DNA of 64,000 nucleotides from a virus: IMG/VR virus record IMGVR_UViG_3300003323_000052, positions 3,961 to 67,960 of that record; one strand, 5' to 3'. Shown piece by piece: positions 1 to 8,324 of this stretch (position 1 is its first letter; each line of letters starts with the position of its first letter). The notes under the pieces were generated by a model. It saw only the letters and a program-made list of their open reading frames with translations, ran no database searches and was not told where the DNA came from. The position numbers and the translations under genes were made by a program.

Positions 1-107
1 CGCGTTATTCCTCTTTGGGGGAATGCATACGTGATGAGCGAATCTGGAAAAACTATTGCAAGTCATGGTTGTTAAATAAGTTCTCCACCCCGCCTCACTA
101 GAGGCTT

Positions 108-136
108 AGCCGTGTGTATTTCCGGCTTTTTTATTT
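108..136 (+). terminator. Rho-independent terminator
   Basis: AGCCG-10nt-CGGCT stem followed by TTTTTATTT. Confidence 0.55.
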
Positions 137-349
137 AGGATAATGTGAAGTTTCCGCCGCTCCGAAGAAAAGCTGATAGAATGTACCTAGGGCTTATTCT
201 TCTGGCGATATTTACATTATCGAGTTTGACATGGTTAGCACAATTATTAATTTCTATTCTAGTTTAAGCAAAGACGATCTATGGAGCCTGATAGCAATTG
301 CGACAGCAATTTTGCTTGGCTCGGGCTGTCTTATTGTGCAGTTAATGGC

Positions 350-544
350 ATGAAGTGGATGTATTATCTAAAACTGATTAGGACGCTCAAGCTAGCGGAT
401 AATCAGGGTAGTCTCAAGCAATTGGCAATGCGCCTCGCAGAAGCCGAGGAGGCAAAGCAAATCCTCATTGCTAAAGGTTACGAAGGTTCAGACATTGCGG
501 AACAGGTCAAAAAGATTCCGCCAGCATCACTAAAGCATTCCTGA
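350..544 (+). CDS. hypothetical phage protein
   Basis: ORF 281-544; ATG at 350 overlaps the stop of an upstream small hydrophobic ORF (231-353) as ATGA. Confidence 0.55.
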   Translation: MKWMYYLKLIRTLKLADNQGSLKQLAMRLAEAEEAKQILIAKGYEGSDIAEQVKKIPPASLKHS

Positions 545-772
545 ATGACGCCAGAACAGGCAATCAAGCGCTACGAAAATCTGCGCAAGAACTGCGCTAA
601 GAAACAAATTCCCTTCACATTGACACTAAAACAATGGTGTGACGCATGGGAAGGTAAAACAGAGTTCTTCGGAATATTGCAATTACAAAGAATTGACAAG
701 GAAAAAGGTTTTATCGCTGGCAATATAACGATTGGCGAGAAACCTAAAAAGAAACATGGAACAAATGAATAA
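545..772 (+). CDS. small, probably degenerate HNH/endonuclease-like protein
   Basis: AKKQIPFTLTLKQW...LQRIDKEKGFIAGNI resembles the RID..GY..GN HNH-type segment, but catalytic residues are not evident. Confidence 0.45.
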   Translation: MTPEQAIKRYENLRKNCAKKQIPFTLTLKQWCDAWEGKTEFFGILQLQRIDKEKGFIAGNITIGEKPKKKHGTNE

Positions 773-1094
773 GGAAAAGTTTGACGCTTTTCTTGAAAAA
801 GTATCGCACGAAAATAAGACGAACAATGGTTTATCGAGCGATGCCCTGGCTGAGATTTTTGAAAAGAGAATCAATCAGATTAGAGAGTCAGAAAAAAAGA
901 TTCAGGCATTCAACAAGAATAAAGTTGAGAATTACAAAGCAAGCTGCCGATTGGAAGGGTTGACGGTAGAAGCTACGCCGCATCCTGAATTGCATAATCG
1001 ATACGAGATTCGTAGTAAGTGGTCGGAATACCTAGAAGCAAGCCAAGAGTTAGAAAAGGCAATGAACGAATGTCACTCGACCACGAACAACTAG
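765..1094 (+). CDS. YhfG/FicA antitoxin-motif protein
   Basis: NYKASCRLEGL matches the (S/T)xxxE(G/N) Fic-inhibitory motif and E. coli YhfG NFQASRRLEG. Confidence 0.5.
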   Translation: MNKEKFDAFLEKVSHENKTNNGLSSDALAEIFEKRINQIRESEKKIQAFNKNKVENYKASCRLEGLTVEATPHPELHNRYEIRSKWSEYLEASQELEKAMNECHSTTNN

Positions 1095-1279
1095 AACTGC
1101 GATGCCGCGTAGAGTTCGCATGGTGGGTACACATATATCTTGATATTTTGGAATTCTTTTGCAACCTGATGGGCCGTGAACCAGATTACGATAAGGCTGC
1201 CGCTATCATGGTTAAGGGTGCTAAGATTGTGATTGAAGAAGTCGGGCCAGCGGATAATGACGAACAGTCGCAAGGGTAG
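1070..1279 (+). CDS. hypothetical phage protein
   Basis: ORF overlapping both neighbours in the same-strand operon. Confidence 0.55.
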   Translation: MSLDHEQLELRCRVEFAWWVHIYLDILEFFCNLMGREPDYDKAAAIMVKGAKIVIEEVGPADNDEQSQG

Positions 1280-1895
1280 TCCGTCTAGCAAAAGACCATA
1301 TCCGCCAGAGCAATTTACCGACAACTTAAATATCAAGTTCGCCCCGGCGCACGATGTTCTAGGATGGGTTAAGGAATTTCTCTTTAACGAAGATTCCAAG
1401 CTTTACAATTCAGACCATAAGCACTTGGTCGATGCTGACGTTTGCTTCTTATGGGCGCCGGGCGGATTCGTAAAGGCTGGTCGAGTGGTCTTAGGTCAAT
1501 GTGAGGAAATTACATTCCGCGCTGGCAAGTGGCAAAAATGGCGTCAAGAAGAACAAATGCGGGATTGGTTCGGACACGTTCCCGAATACCTAATCACGCT
1601 AGACGCGCAATACGCACTTAAATGTTCTGATAACGAATTCTGCGCTTTGGTTGAGCATGAGTTATATCATGTCGGTCATCAACATGGAATCTTTGGCGAG
1701 CCGCTGTTTAATAGTAACGGACTCCCAAAGCTATTCCTGCGCGGTCACGATGTAGAGGAATTTGTAGGTGTTGTGCGTCGGTATGGCGCAAGCAAAGACG
1801 TTGAGAAGTTAATCCAAGCAGCTAAAAACGCACCCGAGGTATCGGAAACTAGTATCGCACACGCATGCGGTACATGCTTATTAAAAGTTGCCTAG
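1257..1895 (+). CDS. putative phage metallopeptidase
   Basis: LVEHELYH (HExxH), GHDVEEFVGVVRRYG, C-terminal ACGTC; this family typically precedes terS. Confidence 0.85.
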   Translation: MTNSRKGSPSSKRPYPPEQFTDNLNIKFAPAHDVLGWVKEFLFNEDSKLYNSDHKHLVDADVCFLWAPGGFVKAGRVVLGQCEEITFRAGKWQKWRQEEQMRDWFGHVPEYLITLDAQYALKCSDNEFCALVEHELYHVGHQHGIFGEPLFNSNGLPKLFLRGHDVEEFVGVVRRYGASKDVEKLIQAAKNAPEVSETSIAHACGTCLLKVA

Positions 1896-1906
1896 AATAA
1901 AACAAA

Positions 1907-2362
1907 ATGGCTAAACTTACAGAACCAATGAAATTGTTTATCGTTCAGGCGCTGGCTTGTTTCGATACGCCCACACAGGTAGCAAAGGCTGTAAAAGAGG
2001 AATTCGGCGTAGAGATTACACGCCAGCAAGTCCAGCGATACGACCCAACTAAAGTTTTAGGTGAGGATTGCTCAAAGAAAAACAGGGCAATCTTTGAAGC
2101 TACGAGAAAAGAATTCCTTGAGGACGTAGGTCGAATCCCTATCGCGCAACAAGCATATCGACTGCGGGTGTTGCAACGCACCCTAGATAAAGTTGAGGGC
2201 CAAGGCAATACTGCAATGGTGTCTCAGATTCTAGAGCAGGCAGCGAAAGAATCAGGCGGCGCATTTACCAACAAAACAAAGCTGGAACATAGCGGCGAAA
2301 TTCGTCAGCCTGAACTTAAACTTGTGCTAAATGGAATTAATCCTTCACCCAAGACAGACTGA
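1907..2362 (+). CDS. terS: terminase small subunit (DUF2280-like)
   Basis: FIVQALACFDTPTQVA...YDPTK...ILEQAAKESGGAFTN; immediately upstream of terL. Confidence 0.85.
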   Translation: MAKLTEPMKLFIVQALACFDTPTQVAKAVKEEFGVEITRQQVQRYDPTKVLGEDCSKKNRAIFEATRKEFLEDVGRIPIAQQAYRLRVLQRTLDKVEGQGNTAMVSQILEQAAKESGGAFTNKTKLEHSGEIRQPELKLVLNGINPSPKTD

Positions 2363-3787
2363 GGCGTTCCTCAGCCAAGCTACCGAGATTCTTTACGGTG
2401 GTGCGGCTGGGGGAGGTGCTTAGCCCCTCTAGTCTAAATCTGGAGGGGCGAATAGAGTAAATCTCACCTGATGCGCTCTGCCGCAATCTCTTGGTGTACC
2501 GCTATACCGGGATTGCAGGTTTATATCTTCCGCCGCGTATCGGATGACTTGGCTAAAAACCACATGGAAGGCCCGACCGGGTTCCCCTCCTTGCTGTCGG
2601 AATGGATTGAAGATAAGTTCGTAAAGATCAATTGGTCTAAGAACTTCATTGAGTTTTGGAACGGCGCAAAGATTCACCTTTGCCACTGCCAGTACGAAAA
2701 AGACCGATTCAAATATCAGGGCGCAGAGATTCACGTTCTGATGATTGACGAATTAACGCACTTTACGGACGTCATTTATCGTTATTTGCGTGGTCGCTGT
2801 CGTTTGGGCGGGCTGAAAGTTCCTGAGCAATATATCGGATTATTCCCGCGAATTATCAACGGATCAAATCCGGGCGGTATCGGGCACAACTGGGTCAAAG
2901 CAACATTCATTGATGAAGCTGCACCAATGGTTATTACTCAGCAAGAAAAGGCTGAGGGCGGCATGCGTAGGCAGTATATTCCTGCAAAGCTTGACGATAA
3001 TCCAACACTAAAAGAAACTGACCCGGACTACGTTGACCGCTTGGAGGGTCTTGGTAATCCAGCTTTGATTAAGGCGATGCGCGACGGCGACTGGAATATC
3101 GTTGCCGGTGGCATGTTTGACGACTTGTGGAAGCAAGACATACACGTCATTAAACCGTTCACAATCCCCGCTAGCTGGCGCATTGACCGTTCGTTTGACT
3201 GGGGTAGCAGCAAACCGTTTTCTGTAGGTTGGTGGGCTGAATCTGACGGAACTGAAGCCATTATGGCTGATGGCTCTAAGCGCACTTTCCCTCGCGGCAC
3301 ACTGTTTCGCATTGCCGAGTGGTACGGGTGGAACGGCAAGCCAAACGAAGGCTTAAAAATGTCCGATGCCGGTATCGCAGACGGTATCGTAAAACACCAG
3401 ATTGATTACGGCTTTGCTGACCGCGTAAAAGCAGGGCCAGCGGATAGTAGCATCTTTGACGAAACAAACGGCGACAGCCCGGCGAAGATTCAAGAGCGTC
3501 ACAAAGTAAGATGGGAAAAAGCGGATAAATCCCCCGGCTCCCGCAAGCGAGGATGGCAACTACTAAGGGGTAGATTGCTCGCCTCACTTGCAGAGCGCAT
3601 GGAAGAACCCGGATTATTCGTGTTTGATAATTGCCGACAATTCATTCGGACAATTCCCGTACTGCCACGTGACGATAAAGACCCTGACGATATCGACACT
3701 GACGCAGAGGATCACATCGCCGATGAAACGCGATATCGAATCCTCGCAATCAAGCGCATCGCAACTGTCGAGCAGCTACGGGTTTAA
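2331..3787 (+). CDS. terL: terminase large subunit, interrupted in Walker A by a 41-nt insert (segments 2331-2417 and 2459-3787)
   Basis: 2331 ATG gives MELILHPRQTEAFLSQATEILYGGAAGGG(A*); in another frame, 2459 AAA TCT CAC CTG ATG CGC = KSHLMR continues into ORF 2471-3787 with Walker B LMIDELTHF, GSNPGG and nuclease motifs SFDWG and EDHIADETRY. Confidence 0.9.
2418..2458 (+). other. 41-nt hairpin coding gap in terL
   Basis: GCTTAGCCCCTCTAGTCTAAATCTGGAGGGGCGAATAGAGT; 10-bp stem GCCCCTCTAG/CTGGAGGGGC with 7-nt loop; removing it restores GGAAGGGKS. Confidence 0.85.
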
Positions 3788-4009
3788 GAAAATCGAAAGA
3801 TGGTTTTCAGGAACCGAGATTGTGTCGAACGGATATGTTTCGTTTGGGATAACGTTTTCGTTATCAAACGCAATCATATCAACGATGTAAATATGCCCCA
3901 CAACAGGCATTTCAGTCGTTGCTACGCCTTTGATTCGCCCGATGCCAGAGATTGAATTCGGGCCAAGATTTACATTGACTAAATCCATGTGTTTGTATTT
4001 GAAGGTCAC
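3776..4009 (-). CDS. hypothetical protein (reverse-strand cassette)
   Basis: 77-aa ORF with GGAGAG SD before GTG. Confidence 0.6.
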   Translation of the reverse strand: MTFKYKHMDLVNVNLGPNSISGIGRIKGVATTEMPVVGHIYIVDMIAFDNENVIPNETYPFDTISVPENHLSIFLNP

Positions 4010-4070
4010 GGCTCTCTCCTAGTTATTGGTAGTTGTTGAATGCGCCCATTGAAGGGCGCGGGTTGGATTG

Positions 4071-4250
4071 TTATTTGATTGTCATTAGTGCATCAAGCGG
4101 CAGGAAGAATTCGCCAGCGCCATGTTGCGAGTAATTGGCCGGGTTGACTGGTTTGACTTGTGCGCCATGTTCACCGCCTACAGTGCGGAAGGCCAGAATC
4201 ACAAAAGTGCCAGCTTGTTTGCCTTTGACGATTTGATTAACTGAGAACAT
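4071..4250 (-). CDS. 59-aa hypothetical protein (not in the ORF track)
   Basis: GGAGG SD, then MFSVNQIVKGKQAGTFVILAFRTVGGEHGAQVKPVNPANYSQHGAGEFFLPLDALMTIK. Confidence 0.7.
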   Translation of the reverse strand: MFSVNQIVKGKQAGTFVILAFRTVGGEHGAQVKPVNPANYSQHGAGEFFLPLDALMTIK

Positions 4251-4288
4251 TTCCGCCTCCGTTGATTAAGTTGCGCTGCTATGAGTTC

Positions 4289-4316
4289 ATAATAGCACAC
4301 AATCGGCGTTGTGCAA
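4289..4316 (-). promoter_or_regulatory. sigma70-type promoter
   Basis: TTGCAC-16nt-TATTAT with extended -10 TG; near copy at 40427-40454. Confidence 0.6.
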
Positions 4317-4376
4317 GTTTTGTTTGACCTATCTTAGCTATGCAGCTAATTTGCGACACCGTATAAATAAACAGTG

Positions 4377-4583
4377 TTACTTCATGATTACGCGCAACGT
4401 GTGAAATACATACTCGACGCCATCAAGTTCCACAAGGCCATCAGCGAGCATGTCAATTCGCTGAATAGTAAATTGCTCTGGAATGTGTTTCATTGAGCGC
4501 TGAGTAAATTCCTGCGACAGAATGTAATCGCCTTTCTTGTATTTACGCTCAAGAATAAGGCGCTCCTTAGTTTTGGTCTTCAT
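4377..4583 (-). CDS. hypothetical protein
   Basis: 68-aa ORF with AGGA SD. Confidence 0.55.
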   Translation of the reverse strand: MKTKTKERLILERKYKKGDYILSQEFTQRSMKHIPEQFTIQRIDMLADGLVELDGVEYVFHTLRVIMK

Positions 4584-4609
4584 ATTATTATCCTGACAAT
4601 AAGTTAAAC

Positions 4610-6019
4610 ATGGCCGACGTTTCCACTAAAAATAGCACAGTAGACAAAATGGCCGAAGATTGGGCTATTGTCGAAGCATTGCTAGGTGGAACTGCGTCTA
4701 TGCGTAAGCTTAGCACAAAGTATCTTCCGAAGTGGCCGAATGAGGCGGAAGACGCATATGAGGCGCGAGTTAAGGCGTCTGTGTTGTTTCCTGCATACAG
4801 CAGGACGGTTGATACGCTGACAGGTAAGCCGTTCAGTAAGCCATTGACCTATTCCGACGATATGCCGGAACAGATGCAAGAATGGCTGAATGATGCTGAT
4901 TTGCAGGGCCGTAATCTGCACGCATGCGCTGCCGATGTCATGGAAAAGACGATTGGCAAGGGTATTGTAGGCGTTTTGGTCGATTACCCCCGCGTTGCCA
5001 ATGTCCGCACCGTCGCAGAAGAAAAGCAAACCGGCTCCCGCCCGTACATCGTAGAGATTCGCGCAGAACAATTCATCGGCTGGCGCACTAAGCAAGAGAA
5101 TGGCAAGACCGTTCTTACGCAATTCCGCTTCTGTGAGGTAGTGGAAGAAGACGACGGCGATTTCGGCGTTAAAAGCGTTGAACAAATCCGCGTGCTGGAG
5201 CCATTCCGCTGGGAGATTTGGCGTCAGACCGACAAGGGCATTTGGTTTAAGTACGAAGAGGGCGTAACGACGCTCGATTTCGTTCCATTCGTGCCTTTCT
5301 ATGGCAATCGCAAGGGATTCATGTATTCGCGCCCGCCAATGATCGAGATGGCGTACATGAATGTCCAGCATTGGCAATCGTCTAGCGATCAGCAAAACAT
5401 TTTGCACGTTGCTCGCGTCCCAATTCTGACCGTATCGGGCATTACAGACGATTCCGGCTTTAAGCTGACTGTTGGCGCATCCGCTGCTGTAAAACTGCCC
5501 GTAGAAGGCAAGATGGAATTCGTAGAGCATTCCGGCGCGGCTATCGAGGCTGGCAAAGAATCGCTCGCGGATTTAGAAGAACAAATGCGTCAAGCTGGCG
5601 CGGAATTGCTCGTTATTAAGCCTGGTCAAATCACTGCAACGCAAACCAGCACGGAAAACGCTGTCGGCATGTGCGCGCTTAACCGAATCGTCATGGATTC
5701 CAATGACGCATGGAATCAGGTCATTGACTACATGGCAATTTGGGGTGGGCTAGGTCAAGGCAATGGCGGCACCGTCAAAATCTTTAATGACTTCGCCGCA
5801 CAAGCATTGCAAGACCAGAGTGCCGACATGCTACTGAAAGCTTGTGTTGCTGGCAAGATTAGCGACGAAACTTATATTACTGAAATGAAACGTCGCGGGC
5901 AACTCGCTGAAACGGTGAGCTATGAGGAAGAGAAAGAAAGAATTGAAGCGCAAGGCCCGGCGCTCGGCTCCCTCGGTTCCGACTCCCCAAATAACAATAG
6001 CGGAAACTCTAACGAATAG
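4610..6019 (+). CDS. portal protein (DUF4055-like)
   Basis: 469 aa; LLGGTASMR...YLPKWPNE...HWQSSSDQQNILHVARVP; lies between terL and minor head gene. Confidence 0.9.
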   Translation: MADVSTKNSTVDKMAEDWAIVEALLGGTASMRKLSTKYLPKWPNEAEDAYEARVKASVLFPAYSRTVDTLTGKPFSKPLTYSDDMPEQMQEWLNDADLQGRNLHACAADVMEKTIGKGIVGVLVDYPRVANVRTVAEEKQTGSRPYIVEIRAEQFIGWRTKQENGKTVLTQFRFCEVVEEDDGDFGVKSVEQIRVLEPFRWEIWRQTDKGIWFKYEEGVTTLDFVPFVPFYGNRKGFMYSRPPMIEMAYMNVQHWQSSSDQQNILHVARVPILTVSGITDDSGFKLTVGASAAVKLPVEGKMEFVEHSGAAIEAGKESLADLEEQMRQAGAELLVIKPGQITATQTSTENAVGMCALNRIVMDSNDAWNQVIDYMAIWGGLGQGNGGTVKIFNDFAAQALQDQSADMLLKACVAGKISDETYITEMKRRGQLAETVSYEEEKERIEAQGPALGSLGSDSPNNNSGNSNE

Positions 6020-6120
6020 TGAATTCGTCATTATCGCATTTGATTTAGACGAACGCGGCAATAGAGTAAATATCCAAATACCGGGAATGCATATTGATCC
6101 GGTAACAGACGAATGGGTTT

Positions 6121-7245
6121 TTGATGACTGACAGCGTAAATGAATTGCTGCTAGATTCATCTATTAATCACTCGCATGATTTGGAGAATTACAAGAATCA
6201 TGTCGTAGCAAAAATCGTAGCCTTGCTTAACCGCACGGATGATGACCTTTTTGCGCAATTAGCTCGCGCATTAGAAAAACTTGATCCCGATCAATTCACA
6301 GTGCAACGTCTAGAGAAACTTCTAGACAGCATAAAAGAATTGAATGCTCAGGCGTATCAGCAAATCGGGATGGAATTAACCGATGAGTTGAAAGACTTCA
6401 CCGATTACGAGCTAGGCTTTCAAAAGCAATTGTTTGAATCGGTGATCCCGGCGCAAGTTTTAGCCGATGTGCGAATCGTAGGAGTTGCAGCGAATCAAGT
6501 CTATGCAGCAGCGATAGCGCGACCGTTCCAAGGCCGGTTGCTCAAGGAATGGGGCAAAAGTCTGGAAACTACACGAATGATCCGCATTCGTGACGAAATA
6601 CGCATGGGTTATATCGAGAATCAGACTGTTTCTCAGATAGTTAAGCGTATTCGTGGCACTAAGGCTAACAATTACACTGATGGCGTAATCGAGATTGACC
6701 GTAGGCATGCGGAATCGGTTGTTAGGACTGCCATAGCGCATACGGCTAACTACTCCAAAGAGCAAATGCTCAAAGCTAATAGCGACCTGATTAAGGCTAT
6801 TGTTTGGGTTTCAACTCTTGACAATAGAACAACAGCTTACTGCCGCATTAGGGATGGCCTGAAATACGAGGCAGCAGCGCCGCATAAACCAATTGGTCAC
6901 AATGTCCCATTCTTCAATGGCCCTCCGGGTCATTGGGGCTGTAGGAGTACGACTACTTTTGTTACTAAGTCATGGAAAGAACTTAGTGGCGCGAATATTG
7001 ATGAGTTCCTGCCATCCGTTCGCGCAAGCATGGACGGGCAGGTTCCCGCCGAAATGACTTATTCGCAATGGTTCGCAAAGCAATCTGCTGCGCGACAAGA
7101 CGAGATTCTAGGCCCGACTCGCGGCAAGTTATATCGGGACGGTGGTCTTGAATTGGAAGGCTTTAGTAACCTAAAAGGCAACTTATTTACACTCGACCAG
7201 CTCCGCGAACGTGATGCACAAGCGTTCAAAAAAGCTGGTCTGTAA
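6121..7245 (+). CDS. minor head morphogenesis protein (SPP1 gp7/Mu F-like)
   Basis: VVRTAIAH, WVSTLDNRTT.YC, PPGHWGCRS motifs. Confidence 0.9.
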   Translation: MMTDSVNELLLDSSINHSHDLENYKNHVVAKIVALLNRTDDDLFAQLARALEKLDPDQFTVQRLEKLLDSIKELNAQAYQQIGMELTDELKDFTDYELGFQKQLFESVIPAQVLADVRIVGVAANQVYAAAIARPFQGRLLKEWGKSLETTRMIRIRDEIRMGYIENQTVSQIVKRIRGTKANNYTDGVIEIDRRHAESVVRTAIAHTANYSKEQMLKANSDLIKAIVWVSTLDNRTTAYCRIRDGLKYEAAAPHKPIGHNVPFFNGPPGHWGCRSTTTFVTKSWKELSGANIDEFLPSVRASMDGQVPAEMTYSQWFAKQSAARQDEILGPTRGKLYRDGGLELEGFSNLKGNLFTLDQLRERDAQAFKKAGL

Positions 7246-7306
7246 TACCGATTAAGTACAACGAAACCCTAATTATTCGTAGGGAATAATTGCACTTAAT
7301 TTTCCT

Positions 7307-7368
7307 GCTGCTAGCGGATGCAATGCAGCGTAACGGGCGGATGCCCATTGTAATTAGGGCGGATGCCC
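7307..7368 (+). promoter_or_regulatory. three GGAU-loop hairpins in the scaffold leader
   Basis: GGGCGGATGCCC exact repeat at 7335 and 7357; GCGGATGC inside a GCTGC/GCAGC stem. Confidence 0.7.
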
Positions 7369-7380
7369 GGAAAGAAGCAA

Positions 7381-8163
7381 ATGAAACTCTTGATGGATGG
7401 CGAACACGCCGTATTGCGTAATGGTAAGCCTGTTTATGTTCTGGATGATGGGCGCGAAGTTGAGCATGATGCCGCTGCTACTGTGGCGAAAATCTCTCAG
7501 TTGAACGGCGAGAGTAAAAATCATCGCGAGGCTAAAGAAGCCGCAGAAGCAAAGCTTAAGATGTTTGAAGGCATCGAGAATGCAGAAGACGCGAAAAAAG
7601 CGCTTGAGCTTGCTAAAAACATTAAAGACGGCGAATTGGTGGCCGCTGGCAAAGTTCAAGAAATTAAGGATGCGGCGGCGCGTACTGCGCAAGAGCAAGT
7701 CGCGGCGGCAACTCGTGAAGCGGAAGCCAAACGTGTAGCGCTGGAAGAGGCTAACGCAAAGCTTACCGGTCAACTGAATAGCCATATCGTCGGCGGCTCG
7801 TTTGCTAATTCCAAATACATTCAAGAGAAACTTGCAATCCCGCACGACGTAGCACAAGCTATGTTCTCCAATCGCTTCAAGGTCGATAATGGCAAATTGG
7901 TTCCAATGGATGCAAGCGGCAACCCGATCTATAGCGCTGTGCGTCATGGCGAGATTGCAGATTTTGAAGAAGCAATCGGCATGATGGTAAATCAGTACCA
8001 AAACAAAGACATGATTATGAAAGCGTCGAATCAAGGCGGCTCTGGCGCTCGTCAAAGCGGTGGCGGCGGCGATAAAACCATGTCTCGCACTGAATTCGCT
8101 AAGCTTGACCCAACATCTCAAGCTAAAGCAATGAAAGATAAAGTCACTCTCGTAGATGGCTAA
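7381..8163 (+). CDS. capsid scaffolding protein
   Basis: GKPVYVLDDGRE, coiled coil, GEIADFEEAI, Gly-rich linker, C-terminal MSRTEFAKL; precedes the capsid gene. Confidence 0.85.
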   Translation: MKLLMDGEHAVLRNGKPVYVLDDGREVEHDAAATVAKISQLNGESKNHREAKEAAEAKLKMFEGIENAEDAKKALELAKNIKDGELVAAGKVQEIKDAAARTAQEQVAAATREAEAKRVALEEANAKLTGQLNSHIVGGSFANSKYIQEKLAIPHDVAQAMFSNRFKVDNGKLVPMDASGNPIYSAVRHGEIADFEEAIGMMVNQYQNKDMIMKASNQGGSGARQSGGGGDKTMSRTEFAKLDPTSQAKAMKDKVTLVDG

Positions 8164-8283
8164 TGAATCCATTCCGTGTAGATTCTTCTGCGCGGATTTT
8201 TGGCCCTATTCGGTGGATTCCGAAGGGCGTATTGAGCCGGATAGCTCGCTTGCTACACCCTAGTTAATTCACTTTTGTACACC

Positions 8284-8310
8284 AGCCGCTTAGTGCGGCT
8301 TTTTTATTTT
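8284..8310 (+). terminator. terminator-like hairpin just upstream of the capsid gene
   Basis: AGCCGC-TTAGT-GCGGCT-TTTTTATTTT. Confidence 0.7.
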
Positions 8311-8324
8311 CAGAAAGGGCCAAA

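Noticed and set aside
2412-2444. Matched GGA-to-GGA hop as in T4 gene 60
   Set aside because: GGA at 2442 is in the upstream frame, not the terL frame, and runs into a TGA shortly after
2416-2457. GT...AG, group II or complete group I intron
   Set aside because: GT-AG excisions give a stop or the wrong frame; ending at G2455 after U2417 gives GGGSKS and breaks GK; there is no room for a ribozyme core
2471-3787. TerL simply starting at ATG 2471
   Set aside because: It would lack the adenine-binding Q motif and the Walker A lysine, and has no well-spaced SD
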